This document shows, in pieces, positions 1-8,443 of a stretch of 21,448 nucleotides of DNA. Made by a program: the position numbers and the translations under genes. Numbering within the stretch: the first letter of the stretch is position 1; every line of letters begins with the position of its first letter. The DNA comes from a bacterium (GTDB taxonomy: Bacteria > Sysuimicrobiota > Sysuimicrobiia > Sysuimicrobiales > Kaftiobacteriaceae). The notes beneath the pieces were generated by a model that was given only the letters and a program-made list of their open reading frames with translations, was not told the DNA's origin and made no database searches. The stretch spans positions 1 to 21,448 of the forward strand of contig JBIOWP010000113.1 in assembly GCA_044868695.1 (NCBI GenBank). Reading direction: 5' to 3'.

Positions 1-215
1 GCGGCCCAGACGCCCGGCATCCCCGGCGTGCGCACCACCTCAGCGTCCGGGAAACCCGCGTCGCGCAGGAGGTCAATGAAGAGGGCGGCGCATTCCGTGC
101 CGCCGATCCCGTCCAGCGACACGCTCGGCTGCCGGAGCCATGTCTGCAGCCGCGCGAGGTGTCGCGCGTGATTCGCGTCCAGGTAGGCTCTGATCGACCG
201 CAGCTCCTGCTCCAC
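1..215 (-). CDS. M20/M25/M40-family metallo-hydrolase (dipeptidase/deacylase-like), N-terminal part; runs off the window
   Basis: Not in ORF track. Manual translation from GTG at 215 (AGGAG 10 nt upstream): MEQELRSIRAYLDANHARHLARLQTWLRQPSVSLDGIGGTECAALFIDLLRDAGFPDAEVVRTPGMPGVWA. The 'L..W.RQPSVS' and 'T.G.P.V.A' pattern is typical of M20 dipeptidase-like N-termini. Starts 4 nt after the upstream stop. Confidence 0.75.
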   Translation of the reverse strand, partial: MEQELRSIRAYLDANHARHLARLQTWLRQPSVSLDGIGGTECAALFIDLLRDAGFPDAEVVRTPGMPGVWA

Positions 216-219
216 GGGG

Positions 220-1188
220 TCAGCTCTCCTGGATGGGGAGAACCCGCCGCGGGTTCTCGACCAGCATCCGGTGAATGACCTGCTCACCGAGCCCCGCCGC
301 CCGCAGCATGGGGACGAAGCGGCTGAGCAGGCACGCGTATCCCAAACCCCCGTAATGTTTCAGCTCGCTCCGGCGCGCCCGATCCGTCGACAGGAGCAGG
401 TGATCCGTGAAGCCCGCGGCGACCAGGGCGGCGATCAGCTCGGCGCGGGTCTCGTCGAGCATCCAGTGGTGCTTACCGATCACGTCAAACTGGATGAAGG
501 CTCCCCGCCGGCACAGCGCCTGCAGGTGACGGAGATCTGCGTTCTCATCGACGTGCCCCACGATAACGCGGCGAAGATCGACGCCCTCGGCTTCGAAGAG
601 GTCCAGCAGCTGCCAGCCGATATTTCCTCCGGGGACCTCGAAACGGATCGCGCCCGAGGTGTGCGTTGTGACGGCGGCGCCGGTGCGCCGCGCCGCCCGC
701 GCCACCGCCCGCGCGCACTTCTCCTCCGGACCCTCCACAACCGGGCGGCTGATCGAGGCCTTCAGCAGGCCCGTGCGGATCCCGGTTCCATCCGCCCCGT
801 GCGTCATCTCGCTGACCAACCCGTCCGCGAGCTCGTCGATGCTCTGGTCGGCAACGAACGCCGGATGACAGAGCTCGACGTAGAACCCGGACGTGGCGAT
901 AATCTTCAACCCCGTGGCCTCACTGATGCGGCGCAGGCCGGCGACGTCGCGGCCCCAGGCCTGCATCGTCACTTCGACGACCGCGTCGGCGCCTAACCGG
1001 CGGATGTCCGTGAGCTCCTCGATCGCCACCGCGGCATCGTCGAGGACCATAAGCCCGTCCTCGCTCCCCGGCCGCCGCAGACCATCCTGGCGGCAACGGC
1101 GCTGGTCACAGAGGATGTGTTCGTGCATGTAGGTGGTGCCGAGCGCTTCGGGCTCGATGGGCCCGGTAACCGTCTGAATGTGAGCCAT
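220..1188 (-). CDS. Phosphotriesterase-family (PTE/PHP-like) binuclear amidohydrolase, possibly a lactonase
   Basis: 322 aa. N-terminal IQTVTGPI, HEH metal motif, SGFY, GLLK (carbamylated Lys position), THT, GHVD, LLLSTD and C-terminal ENP. The full metal-ligand set is present. Confidence 0.92.
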   Translation of the reverse strand: MAHIQTVTGPIEPEALGTTYMHEHILCDQRRCRQDGLRRPGSEDGLMVLDDAAVAIEELTDIRRLGADAVVEVTMQAWGRDVAGLRRISEATGLKIIATSGFYVELCHPAFVADQSIDELADGLVSEMTHGADGTGIRTGLLKASISRPVVEGPEEKCARAVARAARRTGAAVTTHTSGAIRFEVPGGNIGWQLLDLFEAEGVDLRRVIVGHVDENADLRHLQALCRRGAFIQFDVIGKHHWMLDETRAELIAALVAAGFTDHLLLSTDRARRSELKHYGGLGYACLLSRFVPMLRAAGLGEQVIHRMLVENPRRVLPIQES

Positions 1189-1872
1189 CTACGTCCGTGC
1201 ACCGTCCAGCATCTCGAGCACGGCGTCCGTGCTCCGGATGCGGATGAGCCCGCCGGCGAGGGTGGTCATCACGTGCGTGTGCAGGGCCCACGTGTCGGCG
1301 GCGCAGGCGTCGGACGCGACCACCACGCCGAAGCCGCGGTCCCCTGCGTCGCGGGCGGTGTGCTCGACCGCTCCATTGGCGGACACGCCGGCCAGGACCA
1401 AGTAACGCACCCCTCGACGCCCCAGCGCGGCCTCCGTCTCCGGAACGCCGAAGGCGCTGACCGCGGTTTTGTCAATGATCTCCTCGCCCGCGGCGGGAGC
1501 CAGCCCAGGGAGAAACTCCGCCTCGATGGAGCCGCCGGTGGTCCAGAAGCCCGTCACACGGGCCTGCGCCGACACTCCATCATTGCCGCCCCGCGGGTGC
1601 GCCACCAGCCGCGTGAACAGCACCGCCACCCCGCGCTGCCGGCATCCGAGCAACAGCCGCTTCAGGTTGACCTGGACCTGCTGCAGCTGCTCGTAGTATT
1701 CTTCCAGCTCACGCCGGATGCCGCGTTCTGCAGCCAGGCGCCCGTAGCCGGCGTTGACGTCGGCGGTAAACCGATGGACGTCGAGAACCAGCAGCGCCGC
1801 GCCGCCCCGGGCCAGCGGGAATGGAGGGACGGCTGCCGCCAGGTTCTTGAACGGTACCCGCGGCCGGCTCAT
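1189..1872 (-). CDS. Isochorismatase/cysteine-hydrolase family protein lacking the nucleophilic Cys
   Basis: Start re-placed at ATG 1872 (MSRPRVPF, ATGA overlap with the upstream stop), 227 aa. Motifs ALLVLDV, IDKTAVSAF, GVSANGAVEHTARDA.DRGF.V.V.SDACA. Its TAG abuts the next ATG. Confidence 0.88.
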   Translation of the reverse strand: MSRPRVPFKNLAAAVPPFPLARGGAALLVLDVHRFTADVNAGYGRLAAERGIRRELEEYYEQLQQVQVNLKRLLLGCRQRGVAVLFTRLVAHPRGGNDGVSAQARVTGFWTTGGSIEAEFLPGLAPAAGEEIIDKTAVSAFGVPETEAALGRRGVRYLVLAGVSANGAVEHTARDAGDRGFGVVVASDACAADTWALHTHVMTTLAGGLIRIRSTDAVLEMLDGART

Positions 1873-3557
1873 GCACGAACGCGTTCGTGGGTTCCAGGCG
1901 GTTCGGCCGGAGCGCCGTAGACATCGCGGGCGTGCTCGGCGGTGATTCGCTCCTCGCGGAGGTCCTGCCGGACAAGCGCGGGGTCCCGCTCCGACACGGA
2001 TCCGTATCCTGCGCCGCCGCCCGACCGGACGGCCAGCACATCTCCCTTTCGAAGATTTGCCCGGACTTTCGACCCCAGGGGCACCACCTCGCCGGACCGC
2101 TCCACGAAACATGCTCCCGGCTTTCCGCCCTGCCCTGCATAAAGGCCCGCCGCCGAGTGGCGATGCCGGTCGGAGTGCAGCCCGAAGTGGACGTCCTCGT
2201 CGAGAATCCGGTACCGGCGTTCCATCCCGAGGCCGCCGCGATACTTCCCGGCGCCTCCGGAGTTCTGCACCAGTCCATAGCGGAGGACTTCCACGAAGGG
2301 AAATTCGATCTCGACCGACTCCACGGGCGTGTTCATCCCGTTGGTCAGGTGCATGATCATGCCATCGGCGCCGTCCTGGTTGTGCAGCGCCCCGACGCCC
2401 GCCCCCAGCACCTCGGAGAGCACGCGGAACCGCCCCGCCGCTTTGTGTGACAGTGAGATGCCGGTCTGGCAGTCGAACCCGGGCGCGATGACCATCTCCG
2501 GCAGGACCGGAGCCAGCGCGTAGTTGACCGCGTCGAAGATCTTGTAGCAGGTGCTCGTGCGCGCCCGAGTTGCCGCGGGGCGCGCCGGGTTCACCAGCGT
2601 GCCGAAGGGGGCGACGATCTGGATCGGGCGGAAGGCGCCGGCGTTAACCAGCAGGTGCCCCGCGTGGAGGATCGACATGATCGTGGTCCGGCACGTCGCG
2701 TGCGTCGACGCCAGAGGGATGTTGATGAACCCGCGGGCCTGAGGATCCGTGCCCGTGAAGTCGAGGATCATGTCCGAGCCGCGGACGCGGACCGTCACCC
2801 GGATGGTGAACGGGCCCTCGTCGATGCCATCGTCTTCCATGTAGGCTTCGCCGCGGTAGTCCCCGTCGGGGATCGCCTCGATGTGGCTGCGGATGATGCG
2901 CTCGGAGTAAGTCTGGATCTCCTGCATGAACGTGCGGATCGTCGCGCTGCCGTATTTGCCGCACAGCGCCGCCACCCGCGCCTCGCCGGTGCGGCACGCC
3001 GCGATCTGCGCGTTGAAGTCGGGGATCGTTTTCTCGGGGACGCGGATGTTGGCCTGAAGGACCTTGCCGAAGATGGTGTCTTCCCAGTCGTCGGTCAGCG
3101 TGATTCTCATCGGGGGAAAGACGATGCCTTCCTGGAAGACTTCCGTCGCCCCGGCAAAGTTTGCCGGCGCCCCGCCGCCGACGTCCAGGTGGTGCACGTT
3201 CGCGCAGGTGAGCCCGATGACCTCGCCGTCGACGGTGACCGGCGTGAAGAGCAGGATGTCGTTGACGTGCTGTCCGCCGTCGAATGGGTCGTTCGTCACC
3301 AGCGCCTCGTCGGGCCGCAGCGTCCGGAAGTCGTAGCGCCGCCGCAGCGCATGGGCCGCGGGCTCCATCGCGTTGAGGAGCATCGGGATCCAGTTGGCCA
3401 TGGCCACCGTGTTCCCATCGGCATCGAAGAGCGCCGTGGCCATGTCGCGGACCTCGCGGACGATCGTGGAATGAGCGGACCGGTAGAGGTTGATGCCCAT
3501 CTCCTCCGCCGTCGCCACGAAGGCATGACCGATGATCGAAAGCGTTACCGGGTCCAT
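1869..3557 (-). CDS. Hydantoinase B / 5-oxoprolinase-family subunit
   Basis: Start re-placed at ATG 3557 (MDPVTLSII, GGAG upstream), 562 aa. Motifs EEMG..L.RSAHS.I.RE, NDPFDGGQHVND, HHLDVGG, FQEG, DFTGT.PQ, SGGAGKYRGGLG, GGGAGYG. Confidence 0.93.
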   Translation of the reverse strand: MDPVTLSIIGHAFVATAEEMGINLYRSAHSTIVREVRDMATALFDADGNTVAMANWIPMLLNAMEPAAHALRRRYDFRTLRPDEALVTNDPFDGGQHVNDILLFTPVTVDGEVIGLTCANVHHLDVGGGAPANFAGATEVFQEGIVFPPMRITLTDDWEDTIFGKVLQANIRVPEKTIPDFNAQIAACRTGEARVAALCGKYGSATIRTFMQEIQTYSERIIRSHIEAIPDGDYRGEAYMEDDGIDEGPFTIRVTVRVRGSDMILDFTGTDPQARGFINIPLASTHATCRTTIMSILHAGHLLVNAGAFRPIQIVAPFGTLVNPARPAATRARTSTCYKIFDAVNYALAPVLPEMVIAPGFDCQTGISLSHKAAGRFRVLSEVLGAGVGALHNQDGADGMIMHLTNGMNTPVESVEIEFPFVEVLRYGLVQNSGGAGKYRGGLGMERRYRILDEDVHFGLHSDRHRHSAAGLYAGQGGKPGACFVERSGEVVPLGSKVRANLRKGDVLAVRSGGGAGYGSVSERDPALVRQDLREERITAEHARDVYGAPAEPPGTHERVRA

Positions 3558-3558
3558 C

Positions 3559-5661
3559 TCATCGTCTCCGCTGGTGTCTCCTGGACGCCGTCCGGCGTCC
3601 GGCATGTTTCTGGACCGCACCGACTCTGGTCAGCAGCATGCTCCCCGTCCGATGCACGGTGCCGATCCACCCCGCGGGGATGAACGTGGTGGCCGTTGGC
3701 TCCTCAACCACGGCGGGTCCTGCGACGGTCTGTCCTACGGGGAGCGTCTCCCGCGCGTAGAAGGCGCAGCGGTGGCTCCCGCCCGCCAGCTGCAGCGTAC
3801 CCCACTCCACCCGCGGAGCCGTCCCCTCCGGCGGCAGCGCCGCGGTCACCTGCTTGACCGGGGAGCGGTGGAGCGCGCTGAGCCGGAAATTGACGACCTC
3901 GATCGCTTCGCGCCCCGACGCGTGTCCATACCGGTGGCGGTGGAACTCGTGGAAGCGAGGCACGAGCTCCTCCATCTCCGATGCGCCGGTGATGAAGTCG
4001 TCGACGGGCATCATCAGCTCGTACGCCTGACCCTCGTAGCGCATGTCCAGAAAGTAAAGCAGCTCGACCGACTCGCGCGGAACACCGTAGGCGCCGAACT
4101 CCCGGCGGGCCTTTGTCTCCAGGCCTCCAAAGGCCTCGCGCAGCACGGTGGCCGTCATGCCGTCCGCGGGGAGGATGCGCGTGACCATGAAGTCCTGTTT
4201 CGAATCCGCGATAAGGAGCCCCAGCGCCGAGACGGTCCCCGGCGCAACCGGGACGAGCACGCCGGCGCACCCCAGTTCATCTGCCAGCTGCGCGGCGTGC
4301 AGCGGCCCGCCGCCGCCGTAGGCCACGATCGTATAGTCCCGCGGGTCGTGACCGCGGTCAACGGAGACGAGGCGCATCGCCTGCGCCATGTTGAAGTTGA
4401 CGAGGCGCCGGACGCCTTCCGCCGCCTCCATCGGTTCCAGGCCGAGGCCGCGGGCGAGCGCCTCCGCCGGACCTCGGGCCAGTTCGGGCCGGAGGCGGAT
4501 CTTGCCGCCTGAGAACGCGGCACCACGGATAAACCCAAGCAGCACGTTGGCGTCGGTGACCGTGAACGCCGTGCCGCCGCGCCCGTAGCATGCCGGCCCG
4601 GGTTCGGCACCGGCCGACTCCGGCCCGGCGCGCAGCATGCCCCCGCGGTCGACGGACGCGATCGAGCCGCCCCCCGCGCCTACGGTGATGATGTCGAGCA
4701 TCGGCAGGGCCAGGGGCAGCCCGCCGATCTTGTAGTCGTTAGTGAGGCTCGGCTCTCCATCGTGCACCAGACACACATCCGTGCTGGTACCGCCCATGTC
4801 GAACGTGATGATGTTCCGGAGTTCCGCCTGCAGGGCGGAGGCCGTCGCCCCGATCACGCCCGCGGCGGGCCCGGACAGAATCATCTTCACCGCGTGCCGG
4901 CGGATCGCCGGCGCCGGAACGCTCCCTCCGTTGGCCTGAATGATGTTCAAGTGCCCCGCAAAACCCGCCGCGCTCAATCCCTGCTCGAACCGGCCCAGGT
5001 ACCGGTCCACGACCGGCTTGGTGTACGCGGACATGACCACGGTGGAGGTCCGCTCGTACTCGCGGAACTGCGGCAGCACGTCCGACGAGAGCGAGACGTA
5101 GAGGTCGGGAAACTGCCCACTGATCGCCCGCTCAAGAGACTGCTCGTGCGCCGCGTTCGCGTAGGAGTGGAGCAGGCAGACGGCCAGGGATTCGACGCCC
5201 TCCTGGACGAGGCGGCGCAGGCGATCCAGCGTCCCGTCCAGCTCGAGCGGCCTTCGGATCGAGCCGTCCGGCGCCGTCTTCTCCGCCACCTCCAGCACCC
5301 GATCGCGCGGAACAAGCGGCGCGGGATGCTTGTAGAACAGGTCAAACAGCCGCTGCTTCGCCTGGCGCTGGATCGCCAGGACGTCCCGGAAGCCTTCGGT
5401 CGTGATGAGGGCGATGCGCGGTCCCTTGCGCTCCAGCACGATGTTCGTCGCGATGGTCGAGCCGTGCACCACGGCCGCCAGGTCGCGGAGCGCAACGCCG
5501 GCTTCCGCCAGGGCATTCATCGCGCCCACGTCCGGCTGTCCTGGCGTGGACAAGACTTTGCCGACGCGGAGCACGCGGTCGCCGTCGGCCAGGACCCAGT
5601 CGGTAAATGTCCCGCCGACCTCGACGCCGACCCGCAGGCGAGACATCGAACCGCCGCTCAT
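3559..5661 (-). CDS. Hydantoinase A / 5-oxoprolinase-family ATP-binding subunit
   Basis: 700 aa. VGGTFTD, HGSTIATN, TTEGFRD, LLHSYAN..HE, REYER, SGPAAG, DMGGTSTD, VGAGGGSIA, GPESAGA.PGPACY, YGGGGPLHA, DMRYEGQ. Alternative start at ATG 5646. Confidence 0.95.
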   Translation of the reverse strand: MSGGSMSRLRVGVEVGGTFTDWVLADGDRVLRVGKVLSTPGQPDVGAMNALAEAGVALRDLAAVVHGSTIATNIVLERKGPRIALITTEGFRDVLAIQRQAKQRLFDLFYKHPAPLVPRDRVLEVAEKTAPDGSIRRPLELDGTLDRLRRLVQEGVESLAVCLLHSYANAAHEQSLERAISGQFPDLYVSLSSDVLPQFREYERTSTVVMSAYTKPVVDRYLGRFEQGLSAAGFAGHLNIIQANGGSVPAPAIRRHAVKMILSGPAAGVIGATASALQAELRNIITFDMGGTSTDVCLVHDGEPSLTNDYKIGGLPLALPMLDIITVGAGGGSIASVDRGGMLRAGPESAGAEPGPACYGRGGTAFTVTDANVLLGFIRGAAFSGGKIRLRPELARGPAEALARGLGLEPMEAAEGVRRLVNFNMAQAMRLVSVDRGHDPRDYTIVAYGGGGPLHAAQLADELGCAGVLVPVAPGTVSALGLLIADSKQDFMVTRILPADGMTATVLREAFGGLETKARREFGAYGVPRESVELLYFLDMRYEGQAYELMMPVDDFITGASEMEELVPRFHEFHRHRYGHASGREAIEVVNFRLSALHRSPVKQVTAALPPEGTAPRVEWGTLQLAGGSHRCAFYARETLPVGQTVAGPAVVEEPTATTFIPAGWIGTVHRTGSMLLTRVGAVQKHAGRRTASRRHQRRR

Positions 5662-6683
5662 CGTGCTGGGCCCGGATGGGCCGTGGCGAGCACTTCAGGG
5701 TTCACCAGATGCGGCGGAACGCGACCGTCACACGCCAGGACCACCTGCTCTGCGGCCTCGCGCTGCATCTGGGCGATGGACTCCTCGGAGTAGAAGGCGA
5801 CATGCCCTGAGACGGTCACGTTCGGCAATCGCAGCAGCGGATGGTCCGCCGGCAGGGGCTCCTGCGCGAACACATCAAGACCCGCTCCGGCGAGCCGCCC
5901 GTGCTGCAGAGCCTCCACCAGAGCCGCCTCGTCGACAACCGAGCCTCGGGAGGTGTTGATGAGGATCGCCGTCTGTTTCATCTGCGCGATTGCCGCTCGC
6001 CCGACGAGCCCCTGGGTCTGTGGCGTGAGAGGCAAGTGAATGGAAAGGAAGTCCGCGAGCGACAGGCATTCCTCGAGCGTTACGCGACGGACGCCGTGGC
6101 CGGCGAAGACCGCGCCGTCGACATAGGGGTCGTGCGCCACCACATCCAGCCCGAGCGCGCGTCCCTTGCGGGCCGTCGCCCGGGCGATGTTGCCGAATCC
6201 CAACAGCCCCAGGATGCTTCCCGCGATACGATGGACGGGACGCAGCGGTGGGATGTGCCAGCGTCCCTCCCGCACTGCACGGTCGGCGCCGACGAGTTTT
6301 CGCGCCACCGCGAGCAAGAGGGCAATGGAATGGGAGGAGACTTCGTCCACCGCGTACAGCGGACCGTGCGTGACCATGATCCCGCGCACGGTGGCCGCGG
6401 CCACGTCGAGGCGGTCGAGCCCGGTGCCGTAGTGCGCGACGATACGGCATCGGGTCAGGCGCGCAATCCGCGTCTTGTCGAGCACGCCGCGGAAGTGCAG
6501 GACAGCCTTCGCCTGCGGCGCGAGGGCATCGAATGCCTCGGCGTCGTCGATGTTGACGGACACGACGCGGATTCCCCGCGGCTCGAGGACCGCGCGCTCA
6601 ATCGCGATGTCGTAGCTCTCGAGGGCCGGACTCTCCGTACGCAGGCATAGTGCTGGAGTGTCTGGAGCAGCCGGAGTGGTCAC
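5658..6683 (-). CDS. D-isomer-specific 2-hydroxyacid dehydrogenase (CtBP/phosphoglycerate dehydrogenase-like)
   Basis: C-terminal ~341 aa of the 659-aa track ORF. YGTGLDRLD, GLLGFGNIA (Rossmann), HDPY, HLPLT, INTSRG.VVDE, GAGLDVF..EP, GHVAFYS. GTG start at 6683 is tentative because no clear RBS is visible. Confidence 0.88.
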   Translation of the reverse strand: MTTPAAPDTPALCLRTESPALESYDIAIERAVLEPRGIRVVSVNIDDAEAFDALAPQAKAVLHFRGVLDKTRIARLTRCRIVAHYGTGLDRLDVAAATVRGIMVTHGPLYAVDEVSSHSIALLLAVARKLVGADRAVREGRWHIPPLRPVHRIAGSILGLLGFGNIARATARKGRALGLDVVAHDPYVDGAVFAGHGVRRVTLEECLSLADFLSIHLPLTPQTQGLVGRAAIAQMKQTAILINTSRGSVVDEAALVEALQHGRLAGAGLDVFAQEPLPADHPLLRLPNVTVSGHVAFYSEESIAQMQREAAEQVVLACDGRVPPHLVNPEVLATAHPGPAR

Positions 6684-6732
6684 ACAACCGTGGTTTCGCA
6701 GGCCTCTCAGGCATTTCCTCTCATCCGGGAGC

Positions 6733-6744
6733 GATTCTAGAATC
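6733..6744. promoter_or_regulatory. Perfect 12-bp palindrome GATTCTAGAATC in the divergent intergenic region; candidate operator
   Basis: AT-rich palindrome between two divergent operons. A 10/12 match (GATTCTGGAATG) lies at 20508-20519 upstream of the IclR gene. Confidence 0.45.
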
Positions 6745-6875
6745 TCATTTCGAAAATACACCCTCACGCGACCTAAACCTGAATGCGACCTATCACAGTC
6801 TGCGCGCTCAATGGCAGGAAACTCATCCGGGCCTATCAAAGACGAAGCTGCTTCAGGAACTGTGAGGTGAGACGC

Positions 6876-8435
6876 ATGAGTCATCCGAACGTCAGCCGCC
6901 GCACCGTCCGGGCCGCTGCGATCTGTCTCACGCTGGGAGTTGCAGTCGGTTTCCCACTCTCGCTCGCGCCGGCCGCGGGCCAGGTTCCCGCCGGCACCAT
7001 CATCTCGGCTTATCCGCGCGATTTTCGGAACATCGATCCGGCGCACATCCCGGGGTCGCCGGATTACCAGATCGCGATGAACGTCTTCAACGGACTGGTC
7101 CGCTACAAAGTCGACAACCTGGACATCGAACCGGACCTGGCGGAACGGTGGGACGTCTCCCCTGACGGACGGACGTACACGTTCTACCTGCGCCGGGGGG
7201 TGTATTTTCACCGGGCCTACGGAGAGATGACCGCCCGGGATGTGAAGTTCAGCTTCGACCGCGTCCTGAACCCCGACACGAAGTCCCGGTACCGCGAGAC
7301 GATGAACATCATCCAGTCGGTCACCGCCGTGGACGACTACACGGTGCGGATCACGCTCACCGCCCCGTCCTCCTCCTTCCTGCGCGGCGTGCTGGCGTTC
7401 CGCCCAGGCTACGTCGTGAGCGAGCGGGCCGTCCGGCAGCTGGGGGACCAGTTCCAGTTCAATCCCATCGGGACCGGCCCGTTTCAGTTCGTCAGCTACA
7501 CCCCGCGCCAGCAGCTGGTGCTGGAAGCCTTCCCCCGCTACTTCCGGGGAGCGCCGGCCGTCAAGCGAATCGTCTGGCAAGTTGTGCCCGAAGAGAACGT
7601 GGCGGCGCTGGCTCTCCAACGGGGACAGATCAACCACATGATCGTGCGGGATCCGCAGGTGTACAAATCACTCCAGCGTGACCCGAACATCGCCTTCACC
7701 GCGACGCCCTCCGCCGGGTGGTGGGAGTTCACCATGAATACCCGCCGCAAACCGCTCGACGATCCGCGCGTCCGCCGGGCGCTTGCCCACGCGGTCGACA
7801 AGGCCACCTTCGCGCGGACGGTGCTCGAAGGGACGGGCACACCGGCGTACAGCGTCATCCCCCCGGGGATGATCGGCCACACGGAGGACGTGGAGAAGTA
7901 CGCGTTCAACCCATCCCGGGCGCGGGAGCTCCTGGCGGAGGCCGGCTACCCCAACGGGGTGCAGATCAACGTGGTCTACGAGCCGGCGGAGTTCGCCGAT
8001 CTCATCGCCACGGCGCTCCAGCAGTGGTTCAGAGACGTCGGCGTGACGCTCGAGCTGGTCAAGCTGGAAGCCGGGGCGTGGACGGCCCGGCGCCAGCGGG
8101 GCGAGTATGACCTGACCATCAGCGGCACCACGCGCTTCGACCCAGACCAGATCCTGACCGAGCAGTTCCACTCGGCCAGCTTCCCGCCGGGCGGCAACCA
8201 GTCGTACTACGGAGCGGTTGACCAGCTGATCGAACAGCAGCGGCGGGCGCGCACCGACGCGGAGCGGGCCCGCATCCTGATCCAGATCCAGAAGAAGATC
8301 GCGGAGGACGCGCCCTTCGTGCCCCTCTTCAACCCGACCTATATTACGGCCTACCTCAAGTCCCAGACGGGGCACGCGCCGAACACCGCCCACTGGATGA
8401 CCCGGTTCGAGTTCGTCCGGTTCGAGGGGAATTGA
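6876..8435 (+). CDS. ABC transporter substrate-binding protein, family 5 (DppA/OppA-like)
   Basis: Start re-placed at ATG 6876 after GAGGTG, 519 aa. Signal peptide (SRRT, hydrophobic stretch, AAG/Q), PDLAERWDVSPDGRTYTFYLRRGVYFH, TARDVKFSF, IGTGPF, DPRVRRALAHAVD, ARELLAEAGYPNG. Confidence 0.95.
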   Translation: MSHPNVSRRTVRAAAICLTLGVAVGFPLSLAPAAGQVPAGTIISAYPRDFRNIDPAHIPGSPDYQIAMNVFNGLVRYKVDNLDIEPDLAERWDVSPDGRTYTFYLRRGVYFHRAYGEMTARDVKFSFDRVLNPDTKSRYRETMNIIQSVTAVDDYTVRITLTAPSSSFLRGVLAFRPGYVVSERAVRQLGDQFQFNPIGTGPFQFVSYTPRQQLVLEAFPRYFRGAPAVKRIVWQVVPEENVAALALQRGQINHMIVRDPQVYKSLQRDPNIAFTATPSAGWWEFTMNTRRKPLDDPRVRRALAHAVDKATFARTVLEGTGTPAYSVIPPGMIGHTEDVEKYAFNPSRARELLAEAGYPNGVQINVVYEPAEFADLIATALQQWFRDVGVTLELVKLEAGAWTARRQRGEYDLTISGTTRFDPDQILTEQFHSASFPPGGNQSYYGAVDQLIEQQRRARTDAERARILIQIQKKIAEDAPFVPLFNPTYITAYLKSQTGHAPNTAHWMTRFEFVRFEGN

Positions 8436-8443
8436 CATCGCGC

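Noticed and set aside
220..1188. Organophosphate-degrading opd gene
   Set aside because: There is no signal peptide and only family-level motifs. Most such proteins are lactonases or of unknown function.
3559..3620. Possible HyuA-HyuB fusion or programmed frameshift (Arg-rich HyuA tail overlapping an upstream extension of HyuB)
   Set aside because: HyuB has its own GGAG RBS and ATG 1 nt after the HyuA stop, and no slippery sequence is evident. Split A/B genes are normal.
5658..7637. 659-aa ORF suggesting a dehydrogenase with a ~320-aa N-terminal fusion
   Set aside because: The extension is the antisense shadow of the binding-protein gene plus the promoter region and has no recognisable domain. 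Only the last ~341 aa are dehydrogenase.
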